Assembly: GCA_900317945.1 (NCBI GenBank)
Contig: ONIT01000001.1
Coordinates: 251 to 64,250, forward strand
DNA length: 64,000 bases
Source: an uncultured Pseudomonadota bacterium
Lineage (GTDB): Bacteria > Pseudomonadota > Gammaproteobacteria > Enterobacterales > Succinivibrionaceae
Direction of reading: 5' to 3'
Of the stretch, positions 10,058 through 20,163 are shown piece after piece. The notes under the pieces were generated by a model. It saw only the letters and a program-made list of their open reading frames with translations, did no database searches and was not told the origin of the DNA. The first letter of the stretch is position 1, and each line of letters opens with the position of its first letter. Both the position numbers and the translations under genes were made by a program.

Positions 10058-11065
10058 ATGAAACGCGAACTCGCAATTGAATTTTCCTCTGTTACTGAAG
10101 CTGCTGCACTTGCCGGACATAAATGGCTTGGGCGCGGCAACAAGAACCTTGCAGACGATGCCGCAGTGAAGGCCATGCGCCTTGTCCTCGGCCAGACCGC
10201 CATCGACGGTGAGATCGTCATCGGCGAGGGAGAGATCGACGAGGCTCCGATGCTCTACATCGGAGAGAAGGTCGGCTGCGGCGGCGACTCCGTTGACATC
10301 GCGGTTGACCCGATCGACGGCACGAGGATGACCGCCATGGGCCAGGCGAACGCGGTTGCAGTGCTTGCAGCTGCCGACAGGGGCGGGTTCCTAAAGGCTC
10401 CTGACATGTATATGGAGAAGATGATTGTGGGAAGCGGCGCGAAGGGAGTAATCGATCTCAGCCGCTCGCTCGAGAAGAACATCATCGCGGTTGCCACCTC
10501 CCTTGGAAAGCCTGTACGCGATCTGACCGTTGTTACCCTCGCGAAGCCCCGCCACGAGGAGGCCATCCAGAGAATGTACGATCTGGGAGTCAGGGTCTTT
10601 GCCATCCCTGATGGCGATGTCGCCGCCTCAGTCCTTACCTGCATGCCGGAGAACTCGATTGACATGCTCTACTGCATCGGCGGCGCGCCTGAGGGCGTGA
10701 TTTCCGCGGCTGTCGCCAGGGCGCTTGACGGAGACATGCAGGGCAGGCTCCTCCCCAGGTACAAGGTCAAGGGCGACACCGAGGAGAACAGGAAGATCGG
10801 CGAGGAGGAAATCGCCCGCTGCGAGAAGATGGGCATTGAGCCTGAGGTCGTCATTCCGCTTGACAGGATGGCAATGACCGATGAGCTCTGCGTCTCTGTA
10901 ACAGGAATCACCAAAGGGGACCTCGTTGACGGCGTCACTATTAACGGCAATCTCGCCCATACCGAGACTCTCCTGATCCGCGGCCACAGCAGGACCATCA
11001 GAAGAATTGACTCCACCCATTTCCTGAACCGCCGCAGCCCCGAGCTGCAGCAGCTGGTTCTCTGA
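10058..11065 (+). CDS. glpX: class II fructose-1,6-bisphosphatase GlpX
   Basis: 335 aa. MKRELAIEF..VTEAAALAGHKWLGRGNKN..AD.AAV.AMR and DPIDGT are typical GlpX motifs. Confidence 0.92.
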   Translation: MKRELAIEFSSVTEAAALAGHKWLGRGNKNLADDAAVKAMRLVLGQTAIDGEIVIGEGEIDEAPMLYIGEKVGCGGDSVDIAVDPIDGTRMTAMGQANAVAVLAAADRGGFLKAPDMYMEKMIVGSGAKGVIDLSRSLEKNIIAVATSLGKPVRDLTVVTLAKPRHEEAIQRMYDLGVRVFAIPDGDVAASVLTCMPENSIDMLYCIGGAPEGVISAAVARALDGDMQGRLLPRYKVKGDTEENRKIGEEEIARCEKMGIEPEVVIPLDRMAMTDELCVSVTGITKGDLVDGVTINGNLAHTETLLIRGHSRTIRRIDSTHFLNRRSPELQQLVL

Positions 11066-11066
11066 G

Positions 11067-11540
11067 TTGGGCAGGGGAGCTGGCCAGGAGGAGCCTGGCA
11101 GGAAGGCCGTAAGGCTCGACGTCTGGCTCTGGGCCGCCAGGTTCTACCGGACGCGCAGCATAGCGCAGCACATGATCAACGGCGGCAAGGTCAGGTACAA
11201 CGGCGACCGGCCTAAGCCCGGACGCCAGGTCGAGCCCGGCGCGATTATAGAGGTCAGGCAGAGCTATGAGGTCCGGCAGGTCCTGGTGAAGGGGCTTTCA
11301 GAAACCCGCGGCAGGGCCGCCGATGCGGCCCTCCTCTACGAGGAGACTCCTGAAAGCATTCAGAGGCGGGAGAAGCTTAAGGAGTACAGGCGGCTTGGCT
11401 GCCTCGCGTCACCGAGCCCCAAAGAGAAGCCTGACAAGAAGCAGAGGCGCGAGCTCCTGTCGCTCAAGCACGGCTTTGCCGAGGCTGAGCAGGATTTTTA
11501 CGAAGAGGATGATGAGGAATATGAGTACGACGGAAGCTGA
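11067..11540 (+). CDS. hslR: ribosome-associated heat-shock protein Hsp15 (S4 domain)
   Basis: VRLDVWLWAARFYRTRSIAQHMINGGKVRYNG...LLYEETPESIQRREK closely parallels E. coli HslR. The start is a TTG at 11067 and is uncertain. Confidence 0.85.
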   Translation: MGRGAGQEEPGRKAVRLDVWLWAARFYRTRSIAQHMINGGKVRYNGDRPKPGRQVEPGAIIEVRQSYEVRQVLVKGLSETRGRAADAALLYEETPESIQRREKLKEYRRLGCLASPSPKEKPDKKQRRELLSLKHGFAEAEQDFYEEDDEEYEYDGS

Positions 11541-12387
11541 TCGCATCTATCGTTTCATTTTTGAGCATGCTGAGGTAAGCGGGGCGGAGATACACATCTC
11601 GAATGTCCTTAAGGGCATGACCGAGTTCAAGAAGTATCCCTATGCAGTCGCGAGGCTGCTTTCAGAGTGCACGGTCGCAGTGGCGCTTCTTGCTGACTAC
11701 ATGAAGACAAAGGGGTCGATCTCGCTCAGCATCCAGTCCGGCACGCTCATACAGCAGCTCAATGTGGCCTGCCGCAACTCACTGGAGGTCAAGGCTGTCG
11801 CTGTCCACTCAGTGACCGACAATGAGCCGCATGCCTTTGGGGAGCTTATCGGAAAGAATGCCGTTATGACAATTACAGCAATCCCGGATGAAGGCGACCG
11901 CTATCAGGGAACGGTTCCTGTCGTCGGAAACGGCATTGCCGACTGCATGACCGAGTACTTCCAGCAGTCAGAGCAGCTGGCCGCAAAATTCATGATCTTT
12001 GCCGATCCGAATGCGCCTGAGGGCCCGGAGGCAGGCGGCGTCATGCTGCGCGTAATGCCCTCTGACAACCCCGCAAAGAGGAAGGAGGACTTCTCCGGAT
12101 TCTGCATGCTGCTTGACACCTTAAAGCCCGAGGAGGTCTACACTCTCCCGGGCGAGAAGGTGATCACGAGGCTTTTCGGCGCCGAAGGCGTAACAGTCTA
12201 TAAACCGCATGACATCGTGTTCCGCTGCGACTGCTCGAGGGAGCGCTGTCTCGGGGCGCTGAAGGCGCTCGGCCGCGATGATGCAGAGAAGGTAATCGCG
12301 CAGAACGGCGGCAGGGTCTCCGTCAGGTGCGAGTGCTGCGGCAGAAACTACTCGTTCGGCGCTGACGAGATCAGGGCACTGTTCTGA
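11521..12387 (+). CDS. hslO: redox-regulated chaperone Hsp33
   Basis: ORF 11323..12387, trimmed to the ATG at 11521 (MSTTEADRIYRF). The C-terminal zinc centre is CDCS...CECCG. It overlaps the end of hslR, as in the hslR-hslO operon. Confidence 0.9.
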   Translation: MSTTEADRIYRFIFEHAEVSGAEIHISNVLKGMTEFKKYPYAVARLLSECTVAVALLADYMKTKGSISLSIQSGTLIQQLNVACRNSLEVKAVAVHSVTDNEPHAFGELIGKNAVMTITAIPDEGDRYQGTVPVVGNGIADCMTEYFQQSEQLAAKFMIFADPNAPEGPEAGGVMLRVMPSDNPAKRKEDFSGFCMLLDTLKPEEVYTLPGEKVITRLFGAEGVTVYKPHDIVFRCDCSRERCLGALKALGRDDAEKVIAQNGGRVSVRCECCGRNYSFGADEIRALF

Positions 12388-12487
12388 TCCTGCCGTCTAC
12401 TGTAATCTTCATCGCAAAAAAGAAACTGCGCCGGCGGCAGTACTTGATTGACGGCAGTTTTTCAAACATAATTCAATGATCTGTTTT

Positions 12488-12524
12488 CATCCCGCTTAAG
12501 CTGATGTTTCAGCGGGATGTTTCT
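12488..12524 (+). terminator. long hairpin after hslO (candidate terminator)
   Basis: CATCCCGCTTAAGCTGATGTTTCAGCGGGATG folds into a stem of about 14 bp with one mismatch, followed by a weak TTTCT tract. Confidence 0.45.
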
Positions 12525-12598
12525 GCGAGGGCGATCCCCGGAACCTGAACTTATGGAGGCGGCGGCTGATTTGCTTTGATCATCGCCGGAGATGGATT

Positions 12599-14536
12599 AT
12601 GAAAAAGCTTTTGATCTCCGTCATGACGTCGGCAGCGCTGGCATTCTCCTGCGTTGCCTCAGCAGCCCAGTTCTCCGCGAGCTTCAAGGGCGTTGACATC
12701 AACGAGTTCGTCAACACTGTAGCGCGGAACCTCAACAAGACCATCATTGTGGCGCCCAGGGTGCAGGGCAAGATCAACGTCAGGAGCTATGACGTGCTGG
12801 ACGAGGGGCAGTACTACCAGTTCTTCCTCAGCGTGCTTGACGTCTACGGCTACTCGGTCGTGCCCCTCGACAACGGCATCCTCAAGATCGTGAAGTCCAA
12901 CAAGGCCAAGACCTCGGGACTTCCGGTGGTTGACGACCGCAACCCCGGGCTCGGCGATGAGATGATCACAAGAGTTGTCTCGGTCAAGAACGTCTCGGTG
13001 CGCGACCTCTCCACTCTCCTCAGGCAGCTCAATGATGTCGCAGAGGGCGGCAACGTTGCCCACTACGAGCCCTCGAACGTCCTCATCATCACCGGACGCG
13101 CCAACGTGGTCAACAGGCTCGTAGAGATAGTGAGGCGCGTCGACACGGCAGGCGATCAGGATGTCGAGTCGGTAAGCCTTAAGTACGCGTCGGCAACAGA
13201 GGTCGCGAGGATAATAAATTCCCTGATGAAGGAGAGCTCGAACAGCAAGAGCGTCTCGGTGCTCCTCGTTCCGACTGTGGCCGCCGATGAGAGAACGAAT
13301 TCAGTCATTATCTCGGGAGATCCCAAGGCCCGCGCCAGGGTGCGCAAGATTATCGAGAAGCTTGACCGCGATCAGGCCTATACCGGCAACACCAGGGTCA
13401 TCTACCTGAAGTACGCCAAGGCGAAGAACGTCCTTGAGGTGCTCTCCGGAGTCGGAAAGGAGGTCGCCGCAGAGAAGAGCGGAGAGTCCTCCTCCTCATC
13501 CTCGAGCTCCTCGAACAGCAAGTTCAGCATCTACGCCGATGAGGACACCAATGCGGTCATCATCAGCGCGCAGCCTGACGTGATGAAGGAGATGGAGGAC
13601 ATCATCGCGAAGCTCGACATCAGGCGCGCTCAGGTCTATGTCGAGGCGATAATCGCGGAGATCAGCACCGGCAACACCGCCCAGCTCGGCATACAGTGGG
13701 GCAACATCGAGGGCGGCGCGGTAATGTTTGCGGGCGACACCGTGCAGACCTCGGCTGCCAGCCTCATCTCGAACGGCTTCAACGGCCTGGCCGGCACGCA
13801 GGGAGGCATGGTCGGGTTCTTCCGCGGCAACTGGTTCGGCCTCATGACTGCGCTCGGCACCGACTCCAAGTCAGATGTGCTCTCGACTCCGAGCGTTGTT
13901 ACACTCGACAATCAGGAGGCGGAGTTTGATGTCGGACAGGAGGTTCCTGTCCTGACAGGCACGCAGCAGAACCTTGCGTCCTCGTCGAGCGACACCGTCT
14001 ATCAGACAATTGAGAGAAAGGAAGTAGGAACAAAGCTCAAGTTCACCCCGCAGATCAATGAGGGCGACTCCGTGCGCCTTGACATCGAGCAGGAGGTCTC
14101 AAGCGTTGACTCCGCCACCTCCTCAAGCACGCTCGGCCCTACCTTCAACAAGCGCACCATCAAGAACTCCGTGATGGTCAGGAGCGGTGACACTGTGGTC
14201 ATCGGCGGACTGATGAACCACAATACATCAGAGCTCGTATACAAGGTGCCGCTTCTTGGCGACATCCCGGTATTCGGCGAGCTCTTCAAGTCGACCCACA
14301 CCAGCTATGAGAAGCGCAACCTGGTGGTGTTCATCAGGCCGATTATCCTCCGCGACAGCGAATCCTACAAGGAAATGTCCGCGCCCAAGTACACCAGGCT
14401 CCGCGCCGAGCAGATCAAGAGGAACGAGGACGGCCTGAGGCTCCTCCCGAGCGAGCTCAGCTCGCCTGTCGTTCCGAAGTACGGCTCGGAGAACGGCTTC
14501 CTCTTCGGAGATGAGTATGATTCATCGGAAGAGTAA
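12599..14536 (+). CDS. gspD: type II secretion secretin GspD
   Basis: 645 aa with a signal peptide, N0-N3-like repeats and a secretin core (VVIGGL...[15 protein letters not shown]...[10 protein letters not shown]). Confidence 0.93.
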   Translation: MKKLLISVMTSAALAFSCVASAAQFSASFKGVDINEFVNTVARNLNKTIIVAPRVQGKINVRSYDVLDEGQYYQFFLSVLDVYGYSVVPLDNGILKIVKSNKAKTSGLPVVDDRNPGLGDEMITRVVSVKNVSVRDLSTLLRQLNDVAEGGNVAHYEPSNVLIITGRANVVNRLVEIVRRVDTAGDQDVESVSLKYASATEVARIINSLMKESSNSKSVSVLLVPTVAADERTNSVIISGDPKARARVRKIIEKLDRDQAYTGNTRVIYLKYAKAKNVLEVLSGVGKEVAAEKSGESSSSSSSSSNSKFSIYADEDTNAVIISAQPDVMKEMEDIIAKLDIRRAQVYVEAIIAEISTGNTAQLGIQWGNIEGGAVMFAGDTVQTSAASLISNGFNGLAGTQGGMVGFFRGNWFGLMTALGTDSKSDVLSTPSVVTLDNQEAEFDVGQEVPVLTGTQQNLASSSSDTVYQTIERKEVGTKLKFTPQINEGDSVRLDIEQEVSSVDSATSSSTLGPTFNKRTIKNSVMVRSGDTVVIGGLMNHNTSELVYKVPLLGDIPVFGELFKSTHTSYEKRNLVVFIRPIILRDSESYKEMSAPKYTRLRAEQIKRNEDGLRLLPSELSSPVVPKYGSENGFLFGDEYDSSEE

Positions 14537-16904
14537 CGGGGACGACGGGACCTGGGCTGAGGGAGCGGCAGCATCCTCAGGCATAGAGGACGGCGAGCGC
14601 TTTGCCGGGCCGGATCCTGAGCCCGAGTCGGTCGAATATGACAGTCCCGAGAATGTTGAGCCGGTATCAGACCGTGCAGAGCCAGATGATATTGCCGGCA
14701 GCAACCTCGCGCATGTGATCCTGAGAAAGAGCCGGGCGCTTGATGAGGGCGCACGCGCGCGGGACATCATGGATCCGTACCGGAGAGGCAAGGCAGCGCT
14801 TGAGAAGGCTGGAAGCAGCAAAGAAGAAGGTTCTGCGGTCGAGGCTGAGGCAAAGCCCCAGCGTACGAGGCGCCGGAGAACAGCCCAGAAGAGCGGAGCG
14901 GAGAGCGCTGCCTCCGGCGTAAGCCCGAAGGTCCTCGATGAGCTGCTCTCTGGCAGCAGGGCAACGGATGATGACGCGGCAACGGCAGAATCAGCCGGGT
15001 GGGCTGAACCCGGCGCTGCATCTGATGAGCCTGCTGCTCCTGAGGCTGAAGTGCGAGAGGCGGCAGCTGCAGATGAGGGTGTTTCAGAAAGGGCTCCGGA
15101 CAGAGAGGCTGACCGTGATGTCTCTGCTGAATCAGGCAAAGCTGCAGCAGGTTCGGATGATGCCCTTCAGACAGAGGCTGTGCCAGAATCTTCCGGGCGT
15201 CCGGCAGCGGATGAGGCAGTGGAGCCAGAGGCGCAGCCGGCAGATGTCGATGCGCTCTCATCAGATTCAGGTGAAGGCACTGCATCCTTGGATGAAGGCC
15301 AGGACGGTGCCGGCTTGCCCGCGGATGACGCGGCAGAAAAACCCGGCGCTGACGAGCCATTCAAAGGCCCCGCCAAGCCCAGCGGCATCACCGTCCTTCA
15401 CCCTTACGGGAAGGGGGAGCCGGAGTTCAGCTTCTCCTATGCGAAGGAGCACTCGATTGTAATCTCGCGCGATGAGAGCGGGGCGCTGGTTCTCTATGCC
15501 GGCAAAATCCCGGTTCCCGCAGAGCTTACCGAGGCCCGCCGCATCGCAGGCGGTCCGTTCAGGATCGAGCATGTCAAGGCGCAGGATTTCCCAAATGTCC
15601 TGAGCCGCGCCTATCAGAGAAACACCAGCGAGGCGCAGCAGCTCATGAATGATCTGGGCACCGGAGAGGAGCAGAAGGAAGGAGACTTCTTCGCCCTCGC
15701 GGATGACATATCCGAGAGCCAGGATCTGCTTGACTCCGAGGATGACGCCCCGATCATCAGGCTCATCAACGCCATGTTCAGCGAGGCCATCAAGGAAGGC
15801 GCCTCAGATATCCATGTTGAGACCTATGAGAAGTACCTGGTGGTGCGCTTCAGAATCGACGGCATACTCAAGGAGATCGTGAGGAAGCCCAAGAGCCTCG
15901 CGAGCCCGCTCATCTCGAGAATCAAGGTCATGTCAAGGCTCGACATCGCGGAGAAGCGCCTGCCGCAGGACGGAAGAATCTCCCTTACCCTGGGCGGACG
16001 CGCGGTCGATGTCCGTGTGTCGACTCTCCCCTCCAGCCATGGCGAGCGCGTGGTAATGCGAATCCTCGACAAGAACACCAATACGCTCAACCTGCAGGAT
16101 CTCGGCATGACCGAGAGCATCAGGGAGCGCCTCTGCTCCCTCATCAGGATGCCGCACGGGATAATCCTGGTTACCGGACCTACCGGATCAGGAAAGAGTA
16201 CGACCCTTTACGCGTCGCTCGCGAACATCAACTCGCGCGATCTCAACATCATGACCGTCGAGGACCCTGTCGAGTACGATCTTGACGGAATCAGCCAGAC
16301 GCAGGTGAACGCCAAGGCAGGAATGACCTTCGCCAAAGGATTACGCGCCATCCTCCGTCAGGACCCTGACGTCGTGATGATCGGAGAAATCCGTGATTTT
16401 GAGACCGCGGACATCGCGGTGCAGGCTTCGATGACCGGACACCTCGTGCTCTCAACCCTCCACACCAACACCGCGATAGGCGCGATAACCCGTCTTCACG
16501 ATATGGGCGTGGAGCCGTTCCTGCTCTCGACCTCCCTTATCGGAGTCCTCGCGCAGAGACTGGTAAGGACGCTCTGTCCTGAGTGCCGGGTGCCCTGCGA
16601 GCCCAATGAGTCAGAGCGCGAGATGCTGGGGCTCAAACCCGGCGAGAGCGCCGTGATTTACCGGCCGAAGCCCGGCGGATGCCCGCACTGCGGAGGGACA
16701 GGATTCAAGGGCAGAACCGGCATACATGAGCTGGTTACTGTTGACGAGAACGTGAGAAGGGCCATACATGACAACCTGTCAGAGCAGGAAATCGAGAAAA
16801 TTGTCCGCCCGACCATGCCGGACATCATGTCTGACGGCATGAAGAAGGTGCTTCTCGGCAAGACCTCGATTGAGGAAGTGCTCAGAGTGGCAAGGGAGGA
16901 ATAA
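14511..16904 (+). CDS. gspE: type II secretion ATPase GspE, annotated with a ~290-aa acidic N-terminal extension (start uncertain)
   Basis: The C-terminal ~500 aa align to Vibrio EpsE from memory: [23 protein letters not shown], Walker [10 protein letters not shown], and the CPEC...CPHC tetracysteine. The frame is open back to the ATGs at 14511 and 14517. An in-frame TTG at 15315 would give a protein of normal length. Confidence 0.88.
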   Translation: MSMIHRKSNGDDGTWAEGAAASSGIEDGERFAGPDPEPESVEYDSPENVEPVSDRAEPDDIAGSNLAHVILRKSRALDEGARARDIMDPYRRGKAALEKAGSSKEEGSAVEAEAKPQRTRRRRTAQKSGAESAASGVSPKVLDELLSGSRATDDDAATAESAGWAEPGAASDEPAAPEAEVREAAAADEGVSERAPDREADRDVSAESGKAAAGSDDALQTEAVPESSGRPAADEAVEPEAQPADVDALSSDSGEGTASLDEGQDGAGLPADDAAEKPGADEPFKGPAKPSGITVLHPYGKGEPEFSFSYAKEHSIVISRDESGALVLYAGKIPVPAELTEARRIAGGPFRIEHVKAQDFPNVLSRAYQRNTSEAQQLMNDLGTGEEQKEGDFFALADDISESQDLLDSEDDAPIIRLINAMFSEAIKEGASDIHVETYEKYLVVRFRIDGILKEIVRKPKSLASPLISRIKVMSRLDIAEKRLPQDGRISLTLGGRAVDVRVSTLPSSHGERVVMRILDKNTNTLNLQDLGMTESIRERLCSLIRMPHGIILVTGPTGSGKSTTLYASLANINSRDLNIMTVEDPVEYDLDGISQTQVNAKAGMTFAKGLRAILRQDPDVVMIGEIRDFETADIAVQASMTGHLVLSTLHTNTAIGAITRLHDMGVEPFLLSTSLIGVLAQRLVRTLCPECRVPCEPNESEREMLGLKPGESAVIYRPKPGGCPHCGGTGFKGRTGIHELVTVDENVRRAIHDNLSEQEIEKIVRPTMPDIMSDGMKKVLLGKTSIEEVLRVAREE

Positions 16905-16907
16905 GGT

Positions 16908-18131
16908 ATGGCTTCCTTTTCATATGTGGCGCTTACTCCCGAGGGCAGGCGGAAAAAGGGCATAATCGAGGCCGACAGCGAGAAGCAGGTCAGGCAGAAG
17001 CTCCGCAAGCAGTCTCTGGTCCCGGTTGAGGTTAAAAGCGCCGCCGGGCAGCTGAAGGGCGACACCGGAAAGGGCAGCCGCTTCACGCTGATGAGAACCA
17101 GCATGAACAGCGCCGCGCTCTGCCTTGCCACCAGGCAGCTCGCGACGCTCGTGGAGGCGACCATCCCGGTTGAGGAGGCGCTCTCCACCGTTGCCGAGCA
17201 GTGCGAGAAGCCAGGGCAGAAGGCGCTTCTCTCTGAGGTCAGGAGCCAGGTCCTTGAGGGAAAGTCGCTTGCTGAGGCGCTGAGCCGCTTCCCCAGGGTG
17301 TTCTCCCGCCTCTACCGCTCGATGGTCGCGGCCGGAGAGAAGTCAGGGCATCTTGACACCGTACTCGAGAGGCTCGCTGACTACACGGAGAACCAGCAGA
17401 AGATCAAGGGCAAGATCATCCAGGCGATGATTTACCCGACGGTCCTGACGCTTGTAGCGGTCGGCGTCATCGTCGTGCTCCTCACGAGCGTCGTGCCGAA
17501 GGTCGTATCGCAGTTCGCCCACATGAAGAGGGCGCTTCCGACCTCGACCAACATCCTTATAGGCATAAGCGATTTCCTGAGGGACTACGGCCTTTATATC
17601 GGCATAGTCCTGATTGTTCTCTTCTTTGTCGTCGGCGCGCTTTTAAGGAGGCCCGCCATATCGATGAAGTGGGATACGCTGATACTCAGAATGCCTGTAA
17701 TCGGGAAGGTCGCGAAGGGCCTCAACACGGCAAGGTTCGCGAGGACGCTCGCCATCCTGAACTCCAGCGCGGTGCCGCTTCTTGACGGCATGAAGATAAG
17801 CGGCGAGGTCCTCAGCAACGCTAAGGCCAGGGAGCTCCTGCAGAATGCCGCCTCCGAGATCAGGGAAGGCCGCAGCCTGCATGACGCGCTGACCGCAACC
17901 GGGCTCTTCCCGCCCATGATGCTGCACATGGTCGCGGCCGGCGAGAAGTCCGGAGAGCTTGACAGCATGCTCAAGAGGGCGGCTGACAGCCAGGACAGTG
18001 AGTTCGAGCGCCTTGTCAGCATGGCGCTCAGCATTTTCGAGCCGATGCTCATCGTATCGATGGCAGGAGTGGTTCTTTTTATTGTTATGTCAATTCTGCA
18101 GCCGATTCTGCAGATGAACAGCATGGTCTGA
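16908..18131 (+). CDS. gspF: type II secretion inner-membrane platform protein GspF
   Basis: 407 aa with duplicated GspF domains (AGEKSGHLD / AGEKSGELD) and three hydrophobic segments. Confidence 0.93.
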   Translation: MASFSYVALTPEGRRKKGIIEADSEKQVRQKLRKQSLVPVEVKSAAGQLKGDTGKGSRFTLMRTSMNSAALCLATRQLATLVEATIPVEEALSTVAEQCEKPGQKALLSEVRSQVLEGKSLAEALSRFPRVFSRLYRSMVAAGEKSGHLDTVLERLADYTENQQKIKGKIIQAMIYPTVLTLVAVGVIVVLLTSVVPKVVSQFAHMKRALPTSTNILIGISDFLRDYGLYIGIVLIVLFFVVGALLRRPAISMKWDTLILRMPVIGKVAKGLNTARFARTLAILNSSAVPLLDGMKISGEVLSNAKARELLQNAASEIREGRSLHDALTATGLFPPMMLHMVAAGEKSGELDSMLKRAADSQDSEFERLVSMALSIFEPMLIVSMAGVVLFIVMSILQPILQMNSMV

Positions 18132-18139
18132 CAGGAGGA

Positions 18140-18580
18140 ATGATGCGCGCTCGTCGTATGCAGCAGGGCTTTACCCTGCTTGAAATAATGGTTGTCGTTG
18201 TGATACTCGGGCTTCTCGCCAGTATGGTGAGCGTGAGCGTCATGGGCAACAAGGACAAGGCTGAGATCCAGAAGGCCTGCTCCGATCTCTCGACTCTCGA
18301 GGAGGCAATGGATCTGTTCAATCTCGGCAACCACTTCTATCCGACAACGGATCAGGGCCTTGACGCGCTTGTCCATAAGCCCTCAGTCGGCCGTGAGGCT
18401 AAGAACTACAGCCCTGACGGATACATCAAGCGCCTGCCGAAGGATCCCTGGGGCGGCGACTACCAGCTGCAGAGCCCGGGCGAGCACGGCAAGTATGACA
18501 TCTGGTCAAACGGCCCTGACGGAGAGGCAGGCACCGAGGACGATGTCGACAACTGGTCCCAGGGCAAGTGCGGCAGATAA
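18140..18580 (+). CDS. gspG: major pseudopilin GspG
   Basis: It has the prepilin leader QQGFTLLEIMVVVVILG and the motif LPKDPWGGDYQLQSPGEHGKYDIWSNGPDG. AGGAGG lies upstream. Confidence 0.93.
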   Translation: MMRARRMQQGFTLLEIMVVVVILGLLASMVSVSVMGNKDKAEIQKACSDLSTLEEAMDLFNLGNHFYPTTDQGLDALVHKPSVGREAKNYSPDGYIKRLPKDPWGGDYQLQSPGEHGKYDIWSNGPDGEAGTEDDVDNWSQGKCGR

Positions 18581-19218
18581 AATCCCTGCCCGGCGGATTC
18601 ACGCTGCTTGAGCTGATGATGGTGCTGCTCCTTGTCGGGCTCTGCGTCTCATCCATAAGCCTCTCGGTGAATCCGCACAGCAAGTCTGTCTCGGGCATGG
18701 CCCTGGAGCAGGCGCAGAATACGGCGGATCTCATGAGGGAGATCAGCGACGAGACGACCTATACCGGCAAGACCGTGGGGCTTTTCGTGGCGGAGAAGTC
18801 GATGCAGTTTGTCGAGCGCGTTCCGCCTCAGGCCGAGACCTCGTCATTCAGCGATCTCCACAGCAGGATTATTGCCCGCATCACTGCGTACGACCGCATG
18901 AAGTGGGCAGTCCTGCAGAGGCCTGGGCGCGGCGAGAGCATGATTTCAGTGCCTGACGGGACAGAGATATCGCTGCAGGTAGGCGGCCTTGAGCTTGACA
19001 CCTCGTCAGACCGCTCGTCACTGGAGAAGTTCAACCTGGACGGGATGGAGTCTGACGAGATAAAGCCGCAGATCCGCTTCTACCCGACCGGCGAGATGAC
19101 TCCGTTTGTCATTGACCTCAAGGTTACTGACGGCGGCGAGACCCATTATGCGAGGATCAGCGCTGACGGGACAGGACAGATTAAAGCGGAGGAGCTCAGC
19201 AATGCGTCTCAGAGATGA
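18568..19218 (+). CDS. gspH: minor pseudopilin GspH
   Basis: It starts at a GTG and has the prepilin motif GGFTLLELMMVLLLVG. The assignment uses its position after gspG. Confidence 0.75.
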   Translation: MRQIKSLPGGFTLLELMMVLLLVGLCVSSISLSVNPHSKSVSGMALEQAQNTADLMREISDETTYTGKTVGLFVAEKSMQFVERVPPQAETSSFSDLHSRIIARITAYDRMKWAVLQRPGRGESMISVPDGTEISLQVGGLELDTSSDRSSLEKFNLDGMESDEIKPQIRFYPTGEMTPFVIDLKVTDGGETHYARISADGTGQIKAEELSNASQR

Positions 19219-19570
19219 GGGCGGCTTCACCCTTCTTGAGATCCTGGTCGCCATGGCGGTTTTCGCGCTCTCGAGCACGGCGCTCGTCGCGTCGATAAGC
19301 GGCGAGATAAACGGCACGGCAAGGATTGATGAGATGTTTGCCGCGTCTGTTGTTGCCGATAACGAGCTTGCCGAGTTCTCTCTCAAGGGGATCTGGCCGT
19401 CGGAGAGCTGGACAAGCGGCGAGGAGACGTTCATGGGCCGCACCTGGTACTGGCGCTACCATGCCGTTAAGACCGGAGATCCGAGCCTTGTCGCAGTGGA
19501 CATTGAGGTACATGCCGACAAGGACTACAAATCTAGCATCGCGGGGCTTCGAACATATGTCTCGCGCTGA
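19202..19570 (+). CDS. gspI: minor pseudopilin GspI
   Basis: ORF 19106..19570, trimmed to the ATG at 19202 (MRLRDEGGFTLLEILVAMAVFAL). About 123 aa. Confidence 0.8.
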   Translation: MRLRDEGGFTLLEILVAMAVFALSSTALVASISGEINGTARIDEMFAASVVADNELAEFSLKGIWPSESWTSGEETFMGRTWYWRYHAVKTGDPSLVAVDIEVHADKDYKSSIAGLRTYVSR

Positions 19571-20162
19571 GCACGGCTTTACCCTGATTGAGCTCCTGAT
19601 CTGCATATTCATCATGTCGATCATGGGAGTCTCCATCGCCCTGAGCATCAACCAGGTGATCAGATCATCCGAGGTGTCAGGGCAGCGGCTGCAGGAGATC
19701 CGCGATGCCCAGCACCTGGTGAGGGTGCTTGACATGGATTTCGGCAACATCACCGAGCGCTTCTCCTCCGTAAACGGGCAGCGGATCATGCTGCTCGCGA
19801 ACAAGGGGCTCTTCCACTCTGAGTCATTCGGCGCGGTGTTCGTGAGATCCGGCTACCTCAATCCGGGCGGCGAGCTCGCAAGGAGCGATCTGCAGAAGGT
19901 CGCCTGGCGCCTCAGGGGCGGGAAGCTCGAGAGGCACACCTACCTCCTCACGGAGTCCACGGGAAGCGACGCGAGCGATCCGAAGTTCTCGCCGGTAGCC
20001 GAGGATGTGAAGGATTTCAGACTGAGGTTCTTCTCGAGCTCCGGCTGGCAGGAAAGCTGGACGCAGTACTCGGTTCTCCCTCCGGGGATTGAGGTGAGCA
20101 TTGAGTTCAAGAGCGGCGAGATCCTGCGCAGGGTCTATGTCATCAGGAAACGCGGAGTCTAG
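19557..20162 (+). CDS. gspJ: minor pseudopilin GspJ
   Basis: ORF 19326..20162, trimmed to the ATG at 19557 (MSRAEHGFTLIELLICIFIMS). About 201 aa. Confidence 0.8.
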   Translation: MSRAEHGFTLIELLICIFIMSIMGVSIALSINQVIRSSEVSGQRLQEIRDAQHLVRVLDMDFGNITERFSSVNGQRIMLLANKGLFHSESFGAVFVRSGYLNPGGELARSDLQKVAWRLRGGKLERHTYLLTESTGSDASDPKFSPVAEDVKDFRLRFFSSSGWQESWTQYSVLPPGIEVSIEFKSGEILRRVYVIRKRGV

Positions 20163-20163
20163 A

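Noticed and set aside
14522-15572. ORFs overlapping the 5' part of gspE: minus strand 14522..15139, 14767..15360, 15167..15391 and 15267..15572, and plus strand 14938..15462.
   Set aside because: All fall in the compositionally biased, stop-poor acidic region. Their products are Ser/Ala/Pro/Arg-rich with no motifs, so they are most likely frame shadows. Their existence is itself a reason for caution about the gspE extension.
17594-18376. A 260-aa minus-strand ORF spanning the gspF/gspG junction.
   Set aside because: It is antisense to two confidently identified T2SS genes and has no recognisable features.
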